A stretch of DNA of 64,000 bases from assembly GCA_023254355.1 (NCBI GenBank), contig JALRLR010000001.1:2100-66099 (forward strand), read 5' to 3'. Below, piece by piece: positions 9,597 through 16,932 of this stretch (position 1 is the first letter of the stretch; every line of letters starts with the position of its first letter). Origin of the DNA: Poseidonia sp. (lineage in GTDB: Archaea; Thermoplasmatota; Poseidoniia; Poseidoniales; Poseidoniaceae). The notes under the pieces were generated by a model, which did not search any database, was not told the origin of the DNA, and saw only the letters and a program-made list of their open reading frames with translations. A program made the translations under genes and the position numbers.

Positions 9597-10762
9597 GGAG
9601 CGGCCAACAAGGCCTCGATGTCCAGCAGGCCATACCCGTATTGGTCGTCATGGCCAACTTGGCCTTCATCAGGTTGTGCACTCTCCATGATCCAGCGTTT
9701 GACGGCATCGACGTTGTCCGCATTTCCGTTTGTTTCGCTGGGAATCAATTCGGGTTTGCTTTGCAGAAGCAGACAAATCGCACCGGTCACGTAGACCGTG
9801 GCGGCACTGGTGCCGTCGGCGAGTCCCCACGAGCCGTCGTTGAGCAAGACGGGGACACCTTCTGCCGGTGCCACGACCTCCGGTTTCTTGTCAGGGTCTG
9901 CCCGTGGCAGTAAAATGGGCAACGGGAGCAAGCGTCCGTTGTTATCGCCTCGCGACGACCCGGACCAATGCTTGCCTTGAATCGTGACGCCACCCACCGC
10001 AATGACACCCGCCTCGCTTGATGGGTGGGCCACGTCTCCGTCGTCTTCTGCTCCTCCATCGTTACCGGCCGCCGCAACGACGAAAATGCCAGCGTCGATG
10101 GCGTCGTTCGCTGCATCACCTGACGAGCGTCCAGAACCGAAGGAAAACGGCAGGATATCCGGTGCCCCTCCAAGGGAAAGTGAAATCACGTGGGCTCCTG
10201 ATTCAACGCACCAGTCGATGGCTTCGGCAACGGTTGCATCGTTCCCGCTTCCATCCCCGCTCAACGCTTTTCCGACGAGCAACTCCACGTCCCGAGCGAC
10301 GCCTTTCAACCAACCGTTGGCGACCAAAATGCCGGCCATCGATGTTCCGTGTCCGTGGTCGTCGTAGGGGGTTGTTCGACCGTTTACAAAATCCTTCCAT
10401 CCACTGAGTGTGACATCTGCAAGGTCACCGTGGTCAAGGTCGATTCCAGAGTCAATGATGCAGGCCACAACGCCTTCCCCTTGCATGGATTCTCCGGGAT
10501 GATTCACCATGGATTGGTACGATGCGTGTCGTTCAAGCGCTACTTCGCTGGGACGAAGAAGGACGGCGCCGTCCGTGAGAACGACCGCAGCGAGGTATCC
10601 TGCAGCGAGCACGAACGTGATGCCAAGCGTCAACGAAACGAGCATCCGTACGGCCCTCAAATCACTGGTGTCCTGTTGCGGTTGCAGGACAGCAAGGTTT
10701 TGCCACGGAGGAACGGGTCCTGCATCGTCGGGGGTTTCGCCCAATGGAACGTCGTTCTCCAT
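9587..10762 (-). CDS. Subtilisin-like serine protease (S8), membrane anchored
   Basis: Catalytic triad contexts DSGIDLDHGD (Asp), HGTSMAGILVANG (His) and GTSAATVYVTG (Ser). N-terminal TM anchor LVSLTLGITFVLAAGYLAAVVL. Start at ATG 10762 (MENDVPLGET...), 4 nt after the upstream desulfurase stop. Confidence 0.85.
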   Translation of the reverse strand: MENDVPLGETPDDAGPVPPWQNLAVLQPQQDTSDLRAVRMLVSLTLGITFVLAAGYLAAVVLTDGAVLLRPSEVALERHASYQSMVNHPGESMQGEGVVACIIDSGIDLDHGDLADVTLSGWKDFVNGRTTPYDDHGHGTSMAGILVANGWLKGVARDVELLVGKALSGDGSGNDATVAEAIDWCVESGAHVISLSLGGAPDILPFSFGSGRSSGDAANDAIDAGIFVVAAAGNDGGAEDDGDVAHPSSEAGVIAVGGVTIQGKHWSGSSRGDNNGRLLPLPILLPRADPDKKPEVVAPAEGVPVLLNDGSWGLADGTSAATVYVTGAICLLLQSKPELIPSETNGNADNVDAVKRWIMESAQPDEGQVGHDDQYGYGLLDIEALLAAPQS

Positions 10763-10766
10763 GCGT

Positions 10767-11981
10767 TCACCCCAAGGTGTGGACAATCTCGGTGAGGGTG
10801 TCAACGAACCGGCGTACGTCCTCTTCGTTGTTGTAAAGATAGGCCGATGCCCGTAGAGAACCTTGTGGGTGTTGGCGGTCAGCAAACCAAGAATGAACGC
10901 AATGTTGCCCACTACGCACCATGACGCCCGCCGCTTCGTCGAGGAGCAGCGCCACTTCGTGTGCAGGAAGTCCATCCATCAGCAGTGAGCAAATGCCTCC
11001 CCGTTTTGAGGGGTCTTGAGGTCCGATGATGCTGAGGCCATGAAGATCCTTGACGCCATCGGTCATGATTCGGTTGAGCGCAATTTCATGTTCATGCACC
11101 GCACTCATGTCAAGTTTTGAGAGGTAGTCAATGGCCGCTCCCGTGGCCATCATACCGGAAAAGTTGCCAAGACCCCCCTCAAAACGTGCGGGAGGGTTCG
11201 CCCATTCAGCCTCTGTGTAGGTTGAATGGGTGACGGTTTGTCCGCCGGACTGAATGGTGCGCAGGCCGTCAAGGAGGTCGTACCTTCCCCAGAGCCCACC
11301 CATTCCTGATGGGCCGCACATTTTGTGGATTGAAAACGAGAGAAAATCAATCCCGAGAGCTTGGACATCCACGTCCATGTGCGGCGTGGATTGAGCGCCG
11401 TCCACGGCGACCAAGGCACCATGGTCGTGGGCAATTTTTGTTACTTCCGCTATGGGAATCGCCACGCCGTCGAGATTGCCGACGTGACTCATGGCTACCA
11501 TTCGAAGGCGACCGTTGGCATCATTGCACGCCTGTTCGAACGCCTCAAGGTCGAAGCTGTTGTCCTCCTGACTTCGTACGACACGGTGATCGATGCCTTG
11601 TTCTTGTTGAAGTTGGATCCACGGTACCAAGTTTGAGTTATGTTCACGGTCGGAGGTGAGGACAACGTCTCCTTTCTCCCACGACAGGCCGTGAGCGATT
11701 TGATTGATGGAGTGCGTGGCGTTACGAGTGAAGACGATTTCATTGGGGTTCTCGGCGTGAAGAAAATTGGCGACTTTGTTCCGGGCTGAACTCACACTTT
11801 TGGAAACCGCCGTCCCGTACCGGTGGACCGACCGTCCACCGCATCCTGGGGTGAGGGTATAGTAGTCGGTGATCGCTTGAATCACGCTGTTGGGTTTGAG
11901 GGTCACGCAGGCGTTGTCGAGGTAGGCAGGAGCGTCGTCGCCTGCAAGGGTTGGAAAATCGTCACGACATCGGTTTAGCAT
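10767..11981 (-). CDS. Cysteine desulfurase (class V aminotransferase, SufS/CsdA-like)
   Basis: N-terminus AYLDNACVTLKPNSVIQAITDYY; PLP-lysine motif SFSIHKMCGPSGMGGLWG; C-terminal CVHSW. Start trimmed to ATG 11981; the track's longer N-terminus is a GTG/TTG artefact. Confidence 0.8.
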   Translation of the reverse strand: MLNRCRDDFPTLAGDDAPAYLDNACVTLKPNSVIQAITDYYTLTPGCGGRSVHRYGTAVSKSVSSARNKVANFLHAENPNEIVFTRNATHSINQIAHGLSWEKGDVVLTSDREHNSNLVPWIQLQQEQGIDHRVVRSQEDNSFDLEAFEQACNDANGRLRMVAMSHVGNLDGVAIPIAEVTKIAHDHGALVAVDGAQSTPHMDVDVQALGIDFLSFSIHKMCGPSGMGGLWGRYDLLDGLRTIQSGGQTVTHSTYTEAEWANPPARFEGGLGNFSGMMATGAAIDYLSKLDMSAVHEHEIALNRIMTDGVKDLHGLSIIGPQDPSKRGGICSLLMDGLPAHEVALLLDEAAGVMVRSGQHCVHSWFADRQHPQGSLRASAYLYNNEEDVRRFVDTLTEIVHTLG

Positions 11982-11983
11982 CT

Positions 11984-13120
11984 TCACCACGCCTCCTGGT
12001 CGGGAAGATAATCCATTGCCGGAGCGTTCACGCCGCAGGACGTACAATCCAGACGGCTTGGCATGACGGCGGTGCAGGCGCTGCATGCCGTGCCGATGAT
12101 GACCTTCGCCGAACAACCATCTGCAAGACATGGATGAGTAATCGCACCTTTCTCGTTGCGAACAAGCTTGGAGGGTGCCCCACAATCGGGGCATGAGGCG
12201 CGATGATTGGGTTCATCGGAGGGGCCTTCCATTTCCAGCGCAGCGTCAACCGCTGCCCGTGTTCGAACACGAGTTTGGTTGCCGAGCATTCGCTGCGGAT
12301 ACCACAGGACGAGGAACAAAATGGGGACGGCAGGAAGGCCGGTCAGCAAATGCAGCACGAGGAATCCATAGTTGGAATCACCGTAAGCAGCCACGTGGTG
12401 CATCCCTGCCCAAGAGGAAACGGTGATCAATCCCACCCAGAGTCCAAACAAGCCGGTCCATCCTTTGAGGGAATGTTCCGCCAATTCCGCTTCCATGACT
12501 CGAACGTCTTCGTGAAGGTGGTGCACCTCAACGTGGAGGTCTCGGGTCTCGACCACCGCCTTCCAAAAGAAGAACAAGAAAAAGCAGACCACCAACAAGA
12601 TGAGCGTCCCCTCCATCATGTCCGACAGGTTCAATCCAATCGGGAACCTTGCGTTGTTTCGGTGATAGAATATTTGCGCCCCCATCATGCCGTTCCACAT
12701 GACCAGCAAGGAAATCGCATGCACCCGCATGACGGGAAAGAAGGTCCACACGCGGTAGGTAAACCAAGCCCAACACAAAATGGAAACCAAGAACTGGAAG
12801 AAGTGGAAGCCGTTGATGGCCAACAATCCTTCAAGGCCACTCGACCTTGCATCCCCTCCGTCCCAGAGTTCGGCTGAAATGGACCCAAGCGCCAACGCCA
12901 ACATACCGAACGCCATCGTCATGTAGTGCTCTTTTTTCCATTCTGCCCTGAGCAATTTGTACTGGAAATGCCACTCTCTACGGAGGGTGTTCAACGGTTC
13001 GGAAAGCGGGATGTTTGGTGGGAACGGTTTTTCCAATTTCATCATGGCCAAGCGAAATGGAAGTTTTTCATGAGGGATGAAGGCGGCCTCCTCAACCTGC
13101 CCCTCTTCGCTCATGGTCAC
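11984..13120 (-). CDS. Polytopic membrane protein with a C-terminal cysteine-rich (multi-Zn-ribbon-like) domain; hypothetical
   Basis: About six hydrophobic helices, then a soluble tail with paired cysteines: CPDCG...HPCLADGC...CSACTAV...CTSCG. Confidence 0.5.
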   Translation of the reverse strand: MTMSEEGQVEEAAFIPHEKLPFRLAMMKLEKPFPPNIPLSEPLNTLRREWHFQYKLLRAEWKKEHYMTMAFGMLALALGSISAELWDGGDARSSGLEGLLAINGFHFFQFLVSILCWAWFTYRVWTFFPVMRVHAISLLVMWNGMMGAQIFYHRNNARFPIGLNLSDMMEGTLILLVVCFFLFFFWKAVVETRDLHVEVHHLHEDVRVMEAELAEHSLKGWTGLFGLWVGLITVSSWAGMHHVAAYGDSNYGFLVLHLLTGLPAVPILFLVLWYPQRMLGNQTRVRTRAAVDAALEMEGPSDEPNHRASCPDCGAPSKLVRNEKGAITHPCLADGCSAKVIIGTACSACTAVMPSRLDCTSCGVNAPAMDYLPDQEAW

Positions 13121-13184
13121 CGCTTGAGGTCGCCCCTTTGAGTCCTTTCGCTCGGAGGTTTTCTCGTTGAGGCGAAAGCGTGAT

Positions 13185-13192
13185 GGTTAAAC
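13185..13192 (+). promoter_or_regulatory. Weak TATA-like box (GGTTAAAC) about 28 bp upstream of tRNA-Ser
   Basis: An A/T-rich hexamer in otherwise GC-rich DNA, at the canonical archaeal distance from the mature 5' end. Confidence 0.35.
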
Positions 13193-13218
13193 GAAGAACG
13201 GGGCTCGCCCGAACAAGA

Positions 13219-13305
13219 GCCGAGATCGCATAGCCTGGTAGTGCGCGCGACTGGAAATCGCGTGGGCCCGTTCCCTCGGGAGTTCAAATCTCTCTCTCGG
13301 CGCCA
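13219..13305 (+). tRNA. tRNA-Ser (anticodon GGA), type II long variable arm, genomically encoded CCA
   Basis: Hand-folded. Acceptor GCCGAGA/UCUCGGC; D-stem GCA/UGC; anticodon stem CGCGA/UCGCG with loop CUGGAAA (U33, GGA, A37); 15-nt variable arm; T-arm GGGAG-UUCAAAU-CUCUC; discriminator G then CCA; a T5 run follows immediately. Antisense ORFs 13117..13521 and 13187..13495 are artefacts. Confidence 0.8.
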
Positions 13306-13317
13306 ATTTTTCCCTCG

Positions 13318-14901
13318 TTGGCCGTAGGACACCGCAACCTCCATGACTGGACGATGGCAGGAGAATGCGTGAACGACGTTCAACGCCTTCCTTCGAGACG
13401 TTGGCTGATGTTGTTTTTGGTGGCGATAGGGCTTCAATTCTTGGGAATACTGAACAGCGACTTGGGCCTGGACTCCCACGTCCGCTTGAACGCATTGAAC
13501 GACGTGAGCAAGGAGGGACACGACTTGGCCTGGGGCCCCCTACGCGTCTCCGATTCCTCCACTCAAGGAAGCGGAAACACGGTGGTTTACGATGGATACA
13601 TACCTCCCTGGAACACCTCGCCGTTAGCGTTTCAACTTACGGCGGCCATCTCGTTGGGTGGTGTGGCACTCTTGGCTGCCGTTGGACCAAAGGACGATTC
13701 CGGTCGAGTGACCTTGGTTCCTGCGTACGCACTCGTGGTCTTGCTCAGTCCAGTCTTCCTCTTTGCAACGAGTCGAGGATACGATGAGGCCATCTTGGCC
13801 CTTTTTGGTGGCGTTGCATTGGTCGGTTTTGCCTTTGGTGATTCGCCTTCGGTTCATCGACTGAGGCTCCACGTGGCCTGGATGGCCACCAGCCTTCTTC
13901 CCATCATGGCCTGGAAGGGGTTCCCCTTGCTCATGGCGTTCGGTGTTTGGCTGGGAGCGTTGGTGCTTGGCATGGGCTGGGTGGCGTGGCACCAACACGC
14001 ATCGGCTCGTTCAGAAGCGCCATTGACGTCTCATCCATGGGTGATGGCGGCCTTGGCAAGCACGGGTTGCCTCCTCGTCTTGGTTCTTCTCTCGCTTGGA
14101 ACCCAAGGCGGGACCTTCGCCATCGTTTTCGAGGAACCCCTGAAATTTTTGTTCGCCCTTTTCTTCGCAGTGATTGATGCGGTCGGTCTTTACCTCCTCA
14201 TCGGTTTGGCACTTTGGCCGCTGATCAGTGAAAAGGGGTCATCTCTCCTCAACGCACGGTCACCCGAATTGAGCTTGTTAACGATGTACATCTCCGGACT
14301 TTTAACGGCCATTATCTTCTACATCGCCGCCCTTTGGAGCCTGGAATCGACCCTATGGGGGCGCTCGATGACCGAAATCATGGTGGTATTAGGGAACAAC
14401 GGACGCTATGCGACCTGTTTGGTGCTGCCGATTCTCATGGTTCTGAAATGGCCTCGTTCCAAGGGTGAGTCATCCAATCGTTGGCCCCAACACTTAACCG
14501 CTGCGCTCGCCGTTTTGGTGCCGTTCATCTTGTTCACCTCTCTGATTGGTCATCAATTGTGGTCCGAAGATGCAGGGGTCGCTGCCGCTGAAGCTTGGCA
14601 GGACGGTGATGAGCAATTTTTGTTAATCGCTCCCGAGACGTTGGCCATGCACCATCTGTACGTCATGAAAACCCACCTTGATTTGGACGGAACGGTGGGC
14701 ATCCAAGGCCACTGGAGAACCGAGGACACGGCCTCGACCTTTCTGCTTAATGCGTCTCCCGACCTCATCGTACTTGCCCCTCATGTCACGTACTCATTGG
14801 ACCCGTTGGAGTATGAACGGGTGGGTGATTCGAGCGTTCCCGTGACGGTTCCGGGTGGCATCCAGAGCGGTGGTTGGCAACTCTACCGTTCCTTACCCTA
14901 A
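13318..14901 (+). CDS. Polytopic membrane protein (12 or more TM helices), possibly a GT-C-type glycosyltransferase (ArnT/PMT-like); lies between the two tRNA genes
   Basis: 527 aa with continuous hydrophobic helices, short loops and a soluble C-terminal domain of about 120 aa. The family call is weak pattern recognition only. True start may be the downstream MAGECV or MLFLVAIGL. Confidence 0.35.
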   Translation: MAVGHRNLHDWTMAGECVNDVQRLPSRRWLMLFLVAIGLQFLGILNSDLGLDSHVRLNALNDVSKEGHDLAWGPLRVSDSSTQGSGNTVVYDGYIPPWNTSPLAFQLTAAISLGGVALLAAVGPKDDSGRVTLVPAYALVVLLSPVFLFATSRGYDEAILALFGGVALVGFAFGDSPSVHRLRLHVAWMATSLLPIMAWKGFPLLMAFGVWLGALVLGMGWVAWHQHASARSEAPLTSHPWVMAALASTGCLLVLVLLSLGTQGGTFAIVFEEPLKFLFALFFAVIDAVGLYLLIGLALWPLISEKGSSLLNARSPELSLLTMYISGLLTAIIFYIAALWSLESTLWGRSMTEIMVVLGNNGRYATCLVLPILMVLKWPRSKGESSNRWPQHLTAALAVLVPFILFTSLIGHQLWSEDAGVAAAEAWQDGDEQFLLIAPETLAMHHLYVMKTHLDLDGTVGIQGHWRTEDTASTFLLNASPDLIVLAPHVTYSLDPLEYERVGDSSVPVTVPGGIQSGGWQLYRSLP

Positions 14902-14921
14902 TCACCTCGTTCGCGAAGTGA

Positions 14922-14928
14922 TTATATT
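14922..14928 (+). promoter_or_regulatory. Archaeal TATA box (TTATATT) with purine-rich BRE-like GCGAAGTG upstream, for tRNA-Thr
   Basis: Its centre is about 27 bp upstream of the tRNA 5' end at 14953. Confidence 0.5.
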
Positions 14929-14952
14929 CATTTGGTGGGTGGGCAGACCACT

Positions 14953-15027
14953 GCCACCGTGGCTTAGGGGTATAGCACCTCATTGGTAATGAGGAGGTCG
15001 CGAGTTCAAATCTCGCCGGTGGCTCCA
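14953..15027 (+). tRNA. tRNA-Thr (anticodon GGU) with encoded CCA
   Basis: Acceptor GCCACCG/CGGUGGC; anticodon stem CCUCA/UGAGG with loop UUGGUAA; variable AGGUC; T-arm GCGAG-UUCAAAU-CUCGC; discriminator U then CCA. The antisense track ORF 14786..15028 carries the telltale ARFELATSSL translation seen opposite tRNA genes. Confidence 0.8.
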
Positions 15028-15138
15028 CTTCGCCTTATTCCTTGGGTTTGCAAATCCGAAGAATTCCCTTCACCCGACCTCAATCTATAAGAGGCGACTT
15101 TTGAGTTAGAGACCTGAGAAGGCAACTTCTCAGATGGG

Positions 15139-15330
15139 ATGCACATGGAGCGCAAGCAAGAACGAGAAGATGAAATGAGACAACGAGTCAAGGATTTGCA
15201 ACATCAAGTTGACGAATTGAAAGAATTGGTGAACACCCTGCTTAGCGTGATCGTTGAGGAGCCTGACGGCGTTCACAGTGGAGCTGCACCAACCTTGCCA
15301 GGGCAAGGAATGATGCAAGTCTGCATGTGA
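15139..15330 (+). CDS. Small coiled-coil protein (63 aa), hypothetical
   Basis: The charged heptad-like stretch ERKQEREDEMRQRVKDLQHQVDELKELVNTLL lies behind a TATA-like ATCTATAAGAGG about 40 bp upstream. It might not be expressed. Confidence 0.3.
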   Translation: MHMERKQEREDEMRQRVKDLQHQVDELKELVNTLLSVIVEEPDGVHSGAAPTLPGQGMMQVCM

Positions 15331-16806
15331 TCATCCCTTGATCACGGCAAGTGGATTCATTCTCGCGACCGGTCGAGCAAGGCCTGCCCTCTGGGTCAGT
15401 TTGATCACATCGTCCACGTTTTTGTAGGCATCAGGCGCCTCCTCAGAAAGTACGTTGGGCGTGGATGCATGAACGCGAATTCCTCGGTTCTCGAGGTCGC
15501 GTTTCAACGTTTTTCCATCGAGCAATTTCTTGGCCTGCGCTCGTGAGAGCGCACGACCGGCACCGTGGCACGATGAGCCAAAGGCTTGGTTGCTGCCGTT
15601 GATGGGGCCGGCCATCACCCACGACCCCGTCCCCATGTCACCTGGAACGACCACCGGTTGCCCCGTGGTTGAGAAAACGGAAGCCACCTCGGGATGGTCG
15701 CCACCAAATGCACGGGTGGCACCTTTGCGATGCACGCAACAGGTGCATCCCTTCCCGTTCACATGATGGTCTTCTACTTTGGCGATGTTGTGCGCCACGT
15801 CGTACAGTGTTCGTGCCTCACCATCAACCCCCAACTCCAAGCGCAGGACCGTTCGCAGACGTTCCGCCAATACGGCTCGGTTCGCGAAGGCAAAATTTGC
15901 AGCGGCATTCATGGCGTCAAGGTAGGCTTGACCCTCTCTGGAGTGGATGGGTGCAGCTGCCAACTGGCGGTCCGCCAAGGTGTACCCCCAGGCATCGTTG
16001 GTCCAACCTTGGTCCGTCTGTCGGTAGGTGCTTTCCAGGCTCCGCACATGGTCGGTGCAAACTTGGTGGCCTAAGCCTCGACTTCCGGAGTGAATCATGG
16101 CGACCAGTTGATGTTCGTGAAGTCCCCACGCCGTTGCCGTTCGCTCGTCCACGACCTGTCCAACGGTTTGGAGTTCAAGGAAATGGTTGCCGCTTCCAAG
16201 CGTTCCCAACGACTTGAGGCCTCGCTCTACGGCTCGTTGTGAAACATTCGCTTCCTGGGTGGGCAGGCATCCCTTCGATTCCAACATGGGTAGGTCGCTG
16301 TCAAGGCCGAAACCCAAGTCAAGGGCAGCCGAGGCGCCGCCCATCAACAATTCATTGAGGTCCTGCCTTGAAAGGTCGACCCCGCCTTTCCCCGAACCAC
16401 CAGCGGGTATTCTACCGGCTAAGCGGCCTGCGAGTTTTTTCAGGTTGGGGATGTCGTCTTTGGTGGCGTCCAACGCCAAAAAACGAACGCCGCAATTGAT
16501 GTCAAAGCCCACGCCACCGGGTGAAACCGCTCCACCCAATTCCCCTTCGTTGACATCGGTGGCCACCACGCCACCGATGGGGAATCCGTAGCCATAATGC
16601 CAATCCGCCATCGCCCATGCCTCTCCGACAATGCCGGGTAGGCTGGCCGTGTTGACGAGTTGCTCGGGGCCACGATCGTCTCCGTGACGCATCATGTGCC
16701 CCATATCCGTCACCAGGCGAGCGTCAACCCGCATCGCCCCGTGGGCTTTGATTCGCATCGTGCCGTCCCCCTCATCCACGAGGTGGTCCCGCCATGATGC
16801 ATCCAT
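15331..16806 (-). CDS. rtcB: tRNA-splicing ligase RtcB
   Basis: HYGYGFPIGGV, GVGFDINCG, GSGNHFLELQ, HGAGR: full metal- and GTP-binding RtcB signature. Confidence 0.9.
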   Translation of the reverse strand: MDASWRDHLVDEGDGTMRIKAHGAMRVDARLVTDMGHMMRHGDDRGPEQLVNTASLPGIVGEAWAMADWHYGYGFPIGGVVATDVNEGELGGAVSPGGVGFDINCGVRFLALDATKDDIPNLKKLAGRLAGRIPAGGSGKGGVDLSRQDLNELLMGGASAALDLGFGLDSDLPMLESKGCLPTQEANVSQRAVERGLKSLGTLGSGNHFLELQTVGQVVDERTATAWGLHEHQLVAMIHSGSRGLGHQVCTDHVRSLESTYRQTDQGWTNDAWGYTLADRQLAAAPIHSREGQAYLDAMNAAANFAFANRAVLAERLRTVLRLELGVDGEARTLYDVAHNIAKVEDHHVNGKGCTCCVHRKGATRAFGGDHPEVASVFSTTGQPVVVPGDMGTGSWVMAGPINGSNQAFGSSCHGAGRALSRAQAKKLLDGKTLKRDLENRGIRVHASTPNVLSEEAPDAYKNVDDVIKLTQRAGLARPVARMNPLAVIKG

Positions 16807-16932
16807 GTCAAACCGTCCCGCTCGTTGGTTTTGAGCCTTTTTGCAACGGCCAAAATTGCCTCCTTGTCATCATAGCCTTGAAAGGGGGACTCGCTTTGGA
16901 ATGAGCATCCTCCTCGGAAGGACGTTGACGGT

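Noticed and set aside
13117-13521. 134-aa and 102-aa minus ORFs over the tRNA-Ser locus, and the 80-aa ORF at 14786..15028 over tRNA-Thr
   Set aside because: They overlap hand-folded tRNAs and contain the characteristic ...ARFELATSSL... peptide that results from translating tRNA genes antisense.
13306-14952. Integrated mobile element between the two tRNA genes
   Set aside because: No integrase, transposase or terminal direct repeat was recognised; the interval holds only one membrane-protein gene. Kept as a low-key finding rather than called a mobile_element.
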